This document shows, in pieces, positions 26,054 to 38,776 of a stretch of 64,000 nucleotides of DNA (the first letter of the stretch is position 1; the number at the start of each line of letters is the position of its first letter). The notes beneath the pieces were generated by a model, which was not told the DNA's origin, did no database searches, and saw only the letters and a list, made by a program, of their open reading frames with translations. Position numbers and translations under genes: made by a program. Source of the DNA: Eledone cirrhosa (taxonomy: Eukaryota); contig OZ024742.1 of NCBI GenBank assembly GCA_964016885.1, positions 212,908,001 through 212,972,000 of the forward strand, written 5' to 3'.

Positions 26054-28070
26054 ATGTTAAAAAAATTTACGAAAAAAAAAAACATGGCTGAGCCACGCCC
26101 CCCAGCGATATGTCTGCTGTCGTGGTGCGACAACGACGTAGAAGTTGAGAAGAGCGCTACAGCGAAATTAACACAAATTGATAACACAAATACCACCACA
26201 AACAATGTAAACAAAGACACCAATGATGCCAATGAGAACTCTAATTTTGAAAAAAATGACAGTAACAGCAACAACCAAAATACAGTTAACAAAAAAAAAA
26301 CAAAACAAATGCAACAACAATATCAACACCATTAACATGAAAACAAATAGCGACAACACCAACAGCAACAATACCAACTGCACCGAGAACAACGGTGGCA
26401 ACAAAGACAACAATGATAACAGCGACAGTGATGACAACAACACCAACAAGAACAACGACAACGACAACAACACCCCCAACGAAAACAAGAAAAACACTTT
26501 CGCTGCGGCAGCAGAAAAAAAGAGGCCATGCTTCAACATGGACCTCTCAAACAAAGATGAAAAGTTGACCCAGGCATGGAAGCTCATTAAGCAAGAGCAA
26601 ACCTGGCCCAACTTAACTGTCCCGGTAGAAGCTATTGAGGCAGTGGAGCGCAGAACGGTGCATTATAGATGCATCTCAGCACAAACCAAAAGGGCAGCTT
26701 TAATCCCACAAGAAGATGTCGAAGTCGCGCTGAGGTGCATCAGAGAAGACATCGAATGCATAGAGAGGGGCAGACAGTACGGCACCATTTCGGTGTTGTT
26801 CAAGTCAGAAACCCTCGCTATGAAACACGCTATTACTCCTTGCAAAACCAGCAAGGTCATAATGTACCCCTCCCACATGGGAAAAAGAATGGCCCATCTC
26901 CGCATTCCCAGAATCCACCAGAACTTGACATGTGGTGGCTTCTGGGATGTGTGATTGTGGAGGGGACGGATACCGTCCCTATAGAAGTGACCAGAACGGC
27001 CAGAGAGGACTGGTCCGGAGTTGATCTGGAGATCCTTCTCCAGATCAGGCCTGAGAATGTGAAGACAATCCCGGACCACATCTGCCTTCAGAATGGGACG
27101 CTCATTCACATTATGACCGAAGGCATAAGGCCGCAGTGTTTTGTTTGTGGGGAAAAAACCCATTTGCGAGCCTTCTGCCCTCAACTGCTGAAAGAGGCAA
27201 GGGGTCGAAAGGCTCCACTGGTGCCGACGCCGGGGCGAGGACCACAAACAATACCAGCACCGGCAAAACCACCAACAACAACACCAATAGAAAGACCACC
27301 ACCAACATTGACCACCCAAGGGGGAAACGAGGAAAGCTGTCAATCCCCCCCCCCCCAAATACACACACCAATAAAACCATAAACATACATACAGACACAC
27401 TTACAGACACAGACCCCTCATCTACCAGTAGTGAAGATGAGGGAAAACCCAAATCCTCCAAAATACAAAAAAGGAAACACAAAAAGAAAAAAAAAAACTC
27501 AACAAAGCACAAAATCACCCACAATAAAAAAACGCAGACACCACCCACGCAAACATCTCTCCAATAACACCAACATCAACACCACCATCACCATCACCAG
27601 AATCCCCCAAACGCAAACAACCTAAACAGACGCAAGAACAAATATACACACAAACATCTGAAACCACAGACAGCGCACTCACAACAAACACAGACACAAC
27701 CGAAACAACACCACCAAAACCATCACCACCACAGCCACGCAAACAAATAAAATCACACCAACAAAACATACAAAACTTCGTGCTCGTCAGGAAGGCCAAC
27801 AAGGAACTGATGGCCCTCGTAGCACGAAGTGAAAATATACAAAAAGAGGGGTAAATTTTTAAATCGAGCACATTTCGCGTGCCGGAAGATTGGGTTCTGG
27901 TGCGAATGTCGATCGAATTATACAAAGAAACACGAGACAGCTTTCCTCGGGACGTGGGAAGCCCGAACGTAAAACCAACTTCAAGACTTTTAAAGGGGTT
28001 CCCAAAAGAAGCCCCACCAACTATGGAGGTCGAACAACCCGACCTTCACAAGAGCCCGGAACGTAAGTAA
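26054..28070 (+). pseudogene. Tx1-B ORF1, frameshifted
   Basis: Asn-rich N-terminus, YPSHMGKR (cf. YPSYMGKR in Tx1-A), EGIRPQCFVCGEKTHLRAFCP, conserved C-terminal DFxxDVGxPxVKP-like block. Confidence 0.8.
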
Positions 28071-28102
28071 ACCTTTCCTCTCTCTCTTTTTAACCTGCCA
28101 GC

Positions 28103-31100
28103 ATAGCCGTATTAAGAGTAGGATGCTTAAATGTTCGAGGCCTGGGATCGTCCTGGAAGCAGGGTCACCTGCTCAATGACGTCAGGTCTCTAGAAATGGA
28201 TGTAATTGCCATCAGCGAGACCAGGATTTCCGACACGCGCGCACTAGCCCCCATTTTCCACGACTATCAGATCTTTGTATCTGTTAACCGGCCGGGAATG
28301 GGAGGCGGGGTGGCAGTGCTGTTTAGGAAAGGCCTGGATCTCGATGTAAGGTCGATCGTCCGGGACCCGGACGGGAAGTTGGTGGTCCTGGACGTGAACA
28401 ATAACGAAGGTGGTGCCTTTAGACTGGTGGCCGTCTATGCTCCTACTAGGGCAGGACAGCCGGACTTCTTTAGACGCCTGGTAGCCTTTCTGGGCATGTC
28501 TCACCCTTTACTGTTAGCGGGGGACTGGAACAGCATCTTAGACGGACGCTGGGACTGTGTGGGAGTATCCGATAGGAGCGGGGGGTGCAAAAGCCTCAAG
28601 AACCTGATCAGCCAGTTCCAACTGTCTGACAGGTATCGACTAGATTTCCCTAATGCGCCAGTGTGGACCTGGGCTAACCGCATAGGGTCATCTAGATCGT
28701 ATATAGACAGGATATTCATTAGGAAAATAGACAGAAATAGTGTAAGCTGTCCACGTTTTGAAACGGTCGCCTATTCAGATCACAAGTTTGTGATCTGTAT
28801 GGTCGACCGAGATAAGACGCGTAGGTTAGGACCTGGTTACTGGAAGCTAAACATGTCATTTCCGGCACGTAAGGCTTACAGGGACCAGGTCAACAATTTA
28901 GTTAAGTAAAAGTTGACAGGAGGAATCGTCAACAATAGATGGTGGGGGGCTCTCAAAAGAGAGATGAGAGTAATGTCGATAGAGTTTAGCAAAGAAGTAG
29001 CGTTAGAGAAAAATAGAAAGGAGGAGGAGTTGGTAGATAAGTTAGACGAGGCTATTGGTAGTGGCATTGCAACTGATGTGCTAGCGGCGAGAATGGCATT
29101 AGACCATTTCTTCAATGCGAAACACGAAGGTTGCATTGTCAGATTTAAGGCACGTTCTCTGAGAAACGAGGGAACCAAAGCTGTTCGATGGGCCCGCGTG
29201 GCGGAGGCGCAGCGTGGTAATAAAACCACGATTCTGTCTTTGACGGACCGAGACGGACACGAGCTGAGCGATTCCAAGCGGATCTGTGAGGCCTTTCGCC
29301 AACATTTTGCTCGGTTGTTCGGGGGAAGTGGCGGGTCAGAGATGGTGGCGGACTTCAGTCCCTACCTCGAAGGCTTGCCGCAACTCTCGACGGCTGACGC
29401 TGGGCGCTGCGAAAAGCCAATTACTTCAGCCGAGATTCAGGATGCCCTTGTTGGCTGCACGAGGCGCAAGTCACCCGGTTTGGATGGTCTGCCCTACGAG
29501 CTTTACGTAAATATGCCAGACTTGTTCTCCAAACTGCTCGAAGCCCTCGACTGCAACTGGCAGCAAAACGGGAGTATTCCCAGTTCTGTGAGCCGGGACG
29601 TAGTGACGCTGATAAGGAAAGACGAGAACAAGAGGGACACATTAGACAATTTCAGGCCCATAACTCTGCTCAACACAGACTTTAAGATTTTGGCCAGGGT
29701 GTTAGCGAAGAGGTTGGCGCTTGTCGTCGGGGATTTGGTTGGGGAGGCGCAAACTTGCGCAATCCCAACCAGGTCCATACACGACAATCTCCACCTCATG
29801 CGATACATCATAGAGAGGGTAGGGTGTAAACTTGGCTTCGGTGGGGCTCTGATCAATTTAGATCAATCGAAAGCAGTTGATAGAGTCGACCATCGGTACC
29901 TGGAGGCTGTCCTCAAGGCGGCTGGCTTCGGCGCCGTCTTCAGAAGCTGGATCGCTGCAATGCACAGCGGCACTTGCTCGATGGTTAAAATTAATGGCAA
30001 CCACTCGGAACCGTTTCAGGTCTCCCGATCGGTCCGTCAAGGGTGCCCTCTCTCCTCCCTTCTGTACGTATTGACTCTCGAGCCTTTACTACGGAAGCTG
30101 GAGCTGTTGCAGGGAATCCCGCTCGAACCGGGACGCGGAAAGGCTGTGTCGGCTTATGCGGACGACATCACCGTGATGGTGTCGGACACCTCAGAAATCG
30201 AGGTGGTCGGCAACTTATTGGAGGAATATGAAAGGTTGACGGGAGCAAAACTTAACCCGGAAAAGTCGGTGGGCTTGCAACTCGGCACCTGGAGAGGCGT
30301 CGTTAGGCGCTGGACGGACGGACCGGTAAAGTTGCTAGGGGTTTGGTTCGGGCCAGACCTCCAGGTGGATAAGAATTGGGACGAGGTGACGGGTAGGGTA
30401 GCCAGTCTCACCCAGAAATGGGCTGAGATGAAGCTATCACTGAAAGGTCGGGCGGAGGTGGCGAACGCGTAGATCGCGTCCGTCATCTACTACCGTCTGA
30501 CCGTTGTCCCTTGCCCCCGTTCGCGCCTCGCCATCTTAGAGCGGCTCCTCTTTAAATTCTTGTGGAGGGGTCAGGTTCCGCTGGTGAGGCGGTCCATCTG
30601 CTGCCAGCACCCTCTACGTGGAGGGCTGGGTATGCCGTGGCTAATGATGCGCAGGCATGCACTGAGGCTGCGGCATCTCCAGATTTTCTGCCTAAACGGT
30701 GAACAGGTGTGGTCGCCGTTTGTCAGACGGGCCTTTCCGCAGCTCGTTTCTTTGACTGAGCTGCAGTCTTGTGTCAAGAAGAGACCGAGACTGGGTGACT
30801 GGCATCTGGAATGTTGCCAGGCGCTCCCTGCCCTTTACCAGGCGGGCAATGCGGTCAGTGGAACTTCCACTCTCGAGTTCTTTAGAGGATTAGTGGTGGG
30901 CAAGAGCGACGACGCAGTCGGAGAGGTTCTGGGAGTCAACGAAGTCGAACTAACCAGTCTGTACCGGAGGACTTTCGAGCCGGGGACGATGGATAATTTC
31001 CAAAAATCCCTCGCTTGGCAGTGCTACCGGGGGGCAGTGCCGGTTCGAGATAAACTCTACAGGCACGGAAGTGCTGTCAGACGGACATGTCCGAGTTGCG

Positions 31101-31503
31101 CGCAGGGCGACGAAACCGTTCTGCACGCACTCGTCAAGTGTCCGTGCACTACTGACTTGTGGAGTTATGTTGAACAGCTGTTGTTGCGTGTAGAACGGAT
31201 CCGGCTATCGGCCGAGTCCATAGTGAAGATCGACCCGCCGCCTTCTTTTGGCCAGGAAAGGCAGGCAATTTTCCTCTGTCTGGTGGCAGTAGCGAAAGAG
31301 GTTTATGGTGGACGAGGTTGAAAGGACTGAAGACAGACACTTTTCTCTTCGCCCAATCCCTCATCAACTTTTTTAAGTTTCACTTGGAAAGGAAGGTGAG
31401 GGTGGAGAGAGAAGTACTGCCCCCTAGTACATTTGCTGAAAGGTGGGTGAATGTGGCGAGAATGGCCCGTGTGAGTGAGCCTACTCTGGTCATGCGGCTG
31501 TAG
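28103..31503 (+). pseudogene. Tx1-B ORF2 (APE-RT-ZnF) with ATA at the expected start, two in-frame stops and a frameshift
   Basis: CLNVRGL, SET, GDWN, SDHKFV, GPGYWKLN, KSPGLDG, RQGCPLS, YADD, CPSCAQGDETVLHALVKC; stops at 28907 and 30470. Confidence 0.93.
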
Positions 31504-31784
31504 GTAGGTAAATTTGAAGAGGAGAGGGGTGCCCTTCCAGGGTGCTCTCGAAGCGTCGGGTCGTTCAGGACTGGTGGGGTACCTGAGCGAACCCTAGGTG
31601 GTCATGCCCCCTATTGGGGAATTTTTTTTTCTTGTTGTAATTTTATTGTTACTTAATTGTTACTTTGTTATTGTTACTTTGTTTATTCATATTGTTTACT
31701 CGATTTTTCTGTAAGACCCCACTGTCCCAGTCTTTTGTATTGTCCCCTATATGTCGGCCCTTGTGGCCAATAAATGAAATCATT

Positions 31785-31970
31785 GTGGATTGGCAGTATC
31801 GGTAGAGGGTCGGACGCCATGCTTTCCAGCATAGTTATGTCCCTTTACGATCTGAGTTCAAATCCCGCCGAGGTTGACTTTGCCTTTCATCCTTACGGGG
31901 TCGATAAAATAAAGTACCAGTAATGCACTGGGTAATTGCTGGCCTTGTGCCTAAAGCAGAAACAATTATT
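31785..31970 (+). mobile_element. SINE family A inserted at the (ATT)n tail of Tx1-B
   Basis: Directly follows GAAATCATT and ends in (ATT)n. Confidence 0.88.
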
Positions 31971-32062
31971 ATTATTATTATTGTTATTAATATATATGTA
32001 TATATATATATATATATACTTTTTTTTTCTCGTGCAATGGCCATACTCGATAACGAGGGGCA

Positions 32063-32125
<63 letters not shown>

Positions 32126-32165
32126 TATATACTCTTTTACTCTTTTACCTGTTCCAGCCATCCGG

Positions 32166-32216
<51 letters not shown>

Positions 32217-32794
32217 TATATATATATATATACACACAGACACAAACACACACATACGAGCACATACATATATATGTGTATGTTTAATTTTTTACTAAAT
32301 AGCGTGCGTTACTGCTAGAATAGGTTACTTGAATTGATATTAGGTATAAACTATGTGAATTACCCTGAATACATTCCGATCTCTCTTTCCAGTTCGTAAT
32401 TCAATGCTGCTGTCACTCCTTCGATATAAATTGGAGAAGTGTTGTTGAAATGAAACTCAAAACAACATGATATCACTTACAGTTTTCAGGTTTCTAAAAG
32501 AGGTTTCAAGTTTTGAACCAGTATCTCAATGAATGACTGTAAGCATGGTCGGAATAAAAAAAGAACGAATGTCCTAAGCTCAGTCGACCAATGGCTTGCT
32601 TTGACTTTATCATTGGAGAAGACATTACGACATAGTATATGTTTAGCTCGCGGTATCTATTATACCATAACTAATCTACATAGAATAAGGAGTTCAACTG
32701 TGTTTTTTTTTTTTTTTTTTTTTTTTATATCAAATCGGTGTCTAGACACATTCAGTGTTTATATGCAATCTTAAAATCTTAACCGTTATTGCAC

Positions 32795-32867
<73 letters not shown>

Positions 32868-33014
32868 TTGGGGAGGGTCATATTTGAGTAATAATATTGC
32901 CAACACATTAATAACAGAACACACTCACTGTTTGGTTGGTTTTCGCTTCTGTGTCTTTTATATCGGTTAATTTAATGTATTGTATGCTTACGCCATCTTT
33001 ATTTAGTCTCGCAA

Positions 33015-33059
<45 letters not shown>

Positions 33060-33220
33060 TCGGTAATATCACCGTTTTTACGTCGACTTTTCCAGGTTAC
33101 CATGGCCTGGATGAGACTTTTTGAGGCAATATTTACAGCCAGATACTCACCCTGACACGAACATTTTCAGTCGCCTCTTACGATACGCAAGGATGCGGTG
33201 TATCTATTCTAAATCATCGG

Positions 33221-33265
<45 letters not shown>

Positions 33266-34109
33266 CACATACAGGCAGTAGCGGACTGGGTCTAAAAATA
33301 TTGGTTGCCAGGAGATAAAGGGGGCCCACCCATATATAGAATGCTATCATTTAATTTTTATAATGAATAAATAACATTTTCAAAAAATACATAAGTGAAA
33401 ACAAAACAGTGCAAGCAAATTTTTGCAGAAACAATTGTGTATTTTTTTTACTAATTATAATATACAGTACATATTACTGGCAGTATACAGTAATACTAAA
33501 TGTTAATACAGAATGTTATAATTGAATTTTGAAATGATTGTGAATGTATAGTATACTGTTATTTAGAGTAGAGTATGCAAGTGATTGCTGTTACCTTCTC
33601 CAATAAAATTATAAAGAACCTTGCGAAATATACACATCCAGAGACTTTCAATAATGACCTTTGGTCTTTCACACTCACTCAATATATATATCTGGGAGTG
33701 TGTGTATGTGTGTACATGTACATGTGTATATATAGATTTATATGGCCATCCAAAATCACCGGGAGAGATGACCCCTTAGCCTTTGTCAAGGCAGAATTCT
33801 AGGAGAAGGAAAACTCTGATATAACACCTGCATCCCTGATGGTATCCAATGATGTTGACTTGTTCTTCTTTTTGGTAAATATCATCTTGGTTAAGAGAGT
33901 GGGACTGGCTTTGTGCAGTGCCTTTGCTCACTATAAAAGCTTCACGGCACAGGCATTGCTTTATATCTGGAGATCTCTCTGCACTTGTCGTCAACTGGTA
34001 CCATGGGCCCAGCACCATGTGTCAATAATTGTCACAAGTGTAGTGTTTGTACCAGAGTTTTCATGTCGCTGGCTGGACTAAAATGTCACACTTCTTCAGC
34101 GCATCGGTA

Positions 34110-35052
34110 GGGGTTCTCCAATCGGGCAATGTGATCGGTGGAAACTCCACCTCGGCGTTCTATAGAGGATTAGTGGAGGGGAAGAGCGACGACGTACTTG
34201 GGGAAACTCTAGGCGTCGACGAAAATCAACTAGCCAATCTCTTCGGAGGAACTTTCGGGCCAGGGCCTATGGACAACTTCCAGAAATCTCTGGCCTGGCA
34301 GTGCTACCGGGGAGCCTTGCCAGTTCGGGATAAACTCTACAGGCATGGAGGTGCCGTCAGCCGGGCATGTCCGAGATGCGCGCAGGGCGACGAAACCGTC
34401 CTGCACGCACTCGTCCAGTGTCCGAAAATTGCTGACTTGTGGGTTTATGTCGAACACCTGCTGTCGCGTTTAGGACGGATCCAGCTATCATCTGAGTCTA
34501 TCGTGAGGATTGCCCCGCCCTCCTCCTTTAGCCGGGAAGGGCAGGCAGTTTTTATCTGTCTGGTGGCCATGGCGAAAGAGATAGTATGGTGGACACGTTT
34601 GAAAGGGCTGAAGACGAGCACTTACCTCTTCGGTGATGCTCTGATTGACTTTTTCAAATTTCATTTGAAAAGGAAAATCAGAGTAGAGAAGGAAGTGCTC
34701 TCTTCCCAGCATTTTGTTGAAAGATGGGTGAGAGAAGCAAGAATGGCCCGAGTGAATGGGCCGACTCTGAGTATATATCTGTAAACTAAAGGTGGAAAAC
34801 TGGGAGAGGGCACTTGCCTTGGTGGTCAGGGTCATTGTGTCTTTTTACTGGGCTTTCTCCACAAATGTCCCTCCGAAGTCTCCCCCCTATTGGGGAATTT
34901 TTCATTGTTATTTTCATTGTTATTTTTGTTACATCCTCTGTTTTTGTTTTTTTACACGCAGAAATGCCCATTTGTACCGTCCTGCATTGTCCTGCACTGT
35001 CCTTAATGTCTACTTTATGTAAACCCTTGTGGTTAATAAAGAAATCATTATT
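34110..35052 (+). mobile_element. 5'-truncated Tx1 element (Tx1-C)
   Basis: ORF to 34784 homologous to the Tx1-A/B C-terminus (MDNFQKSLAWQCYRG, CPRCAQGDETVLHALVQC); ends AATAAAGAAATCATTATT. Confidence 0.9.
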
Positions 35053-35077
35053 TTTTGTGGTTTAATACTTTTTATAT

Positions 35078-35370
35078 AGGCGGCGAAGTGGCAGAGTCGT
35101 TAGATCGTCGGATAGAATGCTTTGTGGTATTCGTCCGGTTCTCTGCTCTCTGAGTTCAAATCTCGCCGAGGTTAACTTTGCCTTTCATCCTTTCGAGGTC
35201 GATAAAAAAAAGTACCAGTTTCGTACTGGGTCGAATCTCTGGAAGAAATCTGCTGTACTCAGGCCTGGAGAGGGGTGGGATCCGTTAGGCTTCAAATGCC
35301 CAAGAAACGCCGTATGTCAATAGCCCCCATCCCCTATGACTCAACGAGGAGTTACGGGATCATACATACA
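35078..35370 (+). mobile_element. SINE with family-A head/Meta domain but an alternative tail ending in CATA repeats; second copy at about 54555-54912
   Basis: Tail CTGGAAGAAATCTGCTGT...AAATGCCCAAGA...TTACGGG..CATACA shared by both copies. Confidence 0.7.
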
Positions 35371-35492
35371 AACTTTTGGCAGACTGACGTAAAGTTGTGT
35401 CAACACGAGTTTTATATTTGTCATATGATATTAAGAAAAACCGCCGTAACTTCGAAAATGATGAAACTCGAAATGACGAAGCCGAGGTATAC

Positions 35493-35550
<58 letters not shown>

Positions 35551-35599
35551 GTCAAAGAACATTCTTCAAAAACATACTCAAAAGGACTAAATGGAAAAT

Positions 35600-35920
35600 T
35601 GATTGAAAACATGGAAGGAGGGGATGCACTCCGTCGGTTACGACGACGAGTGTTCCATTTGATCGGATGAACGGAACAGCCTGCTCGTGAAATTAACGTG
35701 CAAGTGGCTGAGCATTCCATAGACACGCGTACCCTTACCGTAGTTCTGAGAGAGATTCTGAGTGACAGAATATGACAAGGCTGACCCTTCGAATTACATG
35801 CATAACTCATTTTTGACAGCTGGGTGGACTGAAGCACCGTGAAATAAAGTGTCTTGCTCAAGGACAGAACACACCGCAGGGAATCGAACTCACGCCTAAC
35901 CATAAAGCCACGCGCCTTCA
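35600..35920 (-). mobile_element. SINE family B (further copies at about 47620-47800, 51180-51410, 53985-54350, 55970-56225)
   Basis: Minus-strand tRNA head and TGTCCTTGAGCAAGACACTTTATTTCAC domain. Confidence 0.7.
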
Positions 35921-37293
35921 CTTTGAAAACATATTAGTGAAAGAAAAGACAGAATATTTGTCGAAAGTTCAACTTTTTCGAAGAACTAGGTTGAAAATAT
36001 AAAAAGTTATGCAATGATGGATGGATATTTGAATCAACTATATAGTTTTGTGGTGTCAAAATAAGACAGATTTAGAAATAATAAAAAAAAGCTTGGAAGG
36101 GAAGATATAGATAATGTTAGCAAATATTTACTAAAGAAAAAACAAACCCACCCCCTCCCAAACCAAATAAACGAACAAAAAATAATAAATAACGGCATCA
36201 ACAAGAAGTAATAAGCAAACATCAACTAGGCAATGACAGAGACTCTCTGATTGACAAGGTTTCACTCGGCTGAGTAAATAGCTGTTTATTTGTTAAGGTA
36301 GGCGCTAAACGATAGCATCAAAAGCAAATTGTGCTAAAAATGATTGATCACTGATTGGTCAGAAATAGATATGTGAAGTACAGAAGTTAAAATGTCGGGG
36401 TGGACCAACGTTCTAATTCAAAATTTGACAATGCAATGAAAATTTGTTTCATTGGTTAAAAATAATCATGCCACTAGAAAAACCATGGAAGTCAACTTTT
36501 CTTCTCTGGGTTTGACGCCCGTGAAACTCCGTGTGTATACACTTTGGGCGTATATACACTTTGGGTGTATATACACGTAATATTTTTACAATTGCATTCA
36601 CTTATTAACGGCTACTATGGAGGTTCATGAATTTGCGTGTGTTGAAAGAGGGAAAATAAATTTATCATATAAGGCATTTTATTACCCCCCCCCCCCCCCC
36701 CCCCCCCCCTCTCCGACAAAAGAAGCACGGATTGAAAAAAAACTTTGGTGATGTAAAATTAGAAGTTGTCCTGAGCGCCTTATCACCCAATTGAAAAAGA
36801 AGTCAAAAAGGAATCTCTCGAAGATCATCCTGTTCGGTGATCTGAAGTACTATTCTAAGGATAAAAGGTAAACAAATCAAGAAGCCTCTGAGTTAAATAT
36901 CCCAAGCTCTATGTGCCATTCTCTTTGATATTGTAGAGGTTCCCGAGAATATTTTACCCAATCTTTCATTAACTAGCACATCGTTGAGAAATATTAGTCT
37001 AAAAAGAAATCGCTATTTGCAACCCCTTTCCAAGACTTAATTGTTTAGGATGATTTACAAGATCATTAGATTTAGAATAAATCATGATCTGTTATAGGAG
37101 GGCTAATGATCTAAATAGAAGCCCTATCGCCCCTTGAGAACTTCAGCCAAAGTTCCTCCTGATTAGCTGATGGAATATTCAACAGCTGTTCTGATTTGTT
37201 TATCCAGCTGTATATAATTGATAGCAGTGGCTATAAAGAATTGCAGCTCTTAGTTTATGGAAGAACAGGCATTTCATTAAACACGTATCCCTA

Positions 37294-37820
37294 TTGTCAT
37301 TTCACCTCTTGGTAGAACTGAACATACGAAACACCTTTAATCATGTTAGGTGGGGCCATATCATAGAGATGCGTCAGAAATCGGCCTCCATCGATACTCT
37401 TTCTAGCGCATCTCTCTTACGGGACATCCGACATACTCATTGTTGCTGGGTGACATTATTACATCTGTCACATATGTTTTTCATTTGATGTGGACAACGT
37501 TGCCACCTCAACCCGTTAGTCGTTCGTTGTCATGGACAACGTGACATTAGGTGGCTCTGTTGAATATGTTGTTGACGATCTTCGGAACATCATCCCAGAC
37601 ATTTAGGTCTAGAAGGTGATAAATGTGAGTTAGAGTAAAACTCAATATGGCGATTCCAAACACTCGATTCATTCTGACATTCTTGGCTCTTCAATCCTTT
37701 CGAAAGCCATACGGGAGTGCCTGGCGAGAATGACGGACAGATTGCTTTTCATCGATACTCATCTCTCGCTCTACCTCCTAAGAAACCGCTTCGCTTTCCC
37801 TAAACTTTTATTTTCTCTTC
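37294..37820 (+). mobile_element. Highly degenerate CRE-like RT fragment
   Basis: VELNIRNTFNHVR (KLDFxNAFN-like), DNVTLGG and HLSLYLLRNRFAFPKLLF, similar to HPALFLLTNCFAMPKLLY at 57809-58180. Confidence 0.5.
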
Positions 37821-38020
37821 ACAGTGCACCTAGTAATTTGCAGGCCTCACCGAACTTGCTACCACGATCCATCGCCGTGCTAAACATGTAATATACGTTT
37901 CGACAACACCGGCTAGTAACCTCGGACCTGGCACTACTAGACTATCTGTCACTCCTGATCTCCAGCTGCAACAAAGTTCTCCACAAAATGTCGGAATCCA
38001 ATGTGGACTGAGAAATTTCC

Positions 38021-38098
<78 letters not shown>

Positions 38099-38151
38099 CG
38101 TTTCTGAATTTGTTTAGCAAGATTCTTTATCTGAAATCGTGTGTTGAAACC

Positions 38152-38459
38152 GATATTGTTATACTTTGGGAGGGTCATGTTGCCAATAAGAAACACACGC
38201 ACCAGTTGCTTTCACTTCAATTTAATTTATTATATATTTATAAATTTACAAATTTATAAATTTCTGGTTGGTTGGTTGGTTCCACAACCAGATATTTGTT
38301 GGTTGGTTCCACAACCAGATATATATATATATATAAACAAATATCTGGTTGTGGAACCAACCAACCAACCAGAAATTTATAAATATATAATAAATTAAAT
38401 TGAAGTGAAAGCAACTGGTGCGTGTGTTTCTTATTGGCAACATGACCCTCCCAAAGTAT

Positions 38460-38467
<8 letters not shown>
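38152..38467. repeat. Long inverted repeat of a pLTR-like sequence between (AT)n tracts
   Basis: ATATTGTTATACTTTGGGAGGGTCATG... mirrored by ...CATGACCCTCCCAAAGTATAACAATAT, arms about 130 bp. Confidence 0.85.
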
Positions 38468-38535
<68 letters not shown>

Positions 38536-38634
38536 GTGTGTGTGTGTGTGTGTGTATATGTATAAATATATATATATATATAAATTAATAAAGTAATGAA
38601 TAAACAAAGAAACAGTTCCTTATATTAAAAAAAT

Positions 38635-38776
38635 TCATCATTTTACGATCGTTTCTAGGATATATATGTGTTAGTGTTGGTATGCATATTCTATAGATCT
38701 ATGTAAAATATTTATACAAACTATCAGAGGGAATATACATACCTACACATATATATGCTGTCTTCAGAAATAATGA
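38635..38776 (-). ncRNA. Type I hammerhead ribozyme with about 100-nt stem II
   Basis: TCATTATTT-CTGAAGA-cAGcATATATATGTGT...ACACATATATATcCTa-GAAA-CGATCG-TA-AAATGATGA; 9-bp stem I, palindromic stem III, GUA site. Confidence 0.75.

Larger units (their letters stand above)
25876..31784 (+). mobile_element. Full-length Tx1-clade non-LTR retrotransposon (Tx1-B)
   Basis: Begins after (ATT)n; ORF1 with CFVCGEKTHLRAFCP knuckle; APE-RT-ZnF ORF2; 3' end AATAAATGAAATCATT. Confidence 0.93.

Noticed and set aside
28063-28101. GTAAGT...polypyrimidine...CAG between Tx1-B ORF1 and ORF2 as an ORF1-ORF2 fusion intron
   Set aside because: Only 39 nt, splicing gives an immediate stop (CCA TAG), and Tx1-A lacks the acceptor AG
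32481-32536. Minus-strand AG...GTAAGT bounded mini-exon
   Set aside because: Stops in all three frames
34050-34105. Minus-strand CTGAAGA...GAAA as a hammerhead
   Set aside because: Stems I and III do not pair convincingly
37890-37970. Minus-strand ...TTGTC-GAAA-CG-TA HHR-like half
   Set aside because: No intact CUGANGA core or stem I; at most a decayed pLTR
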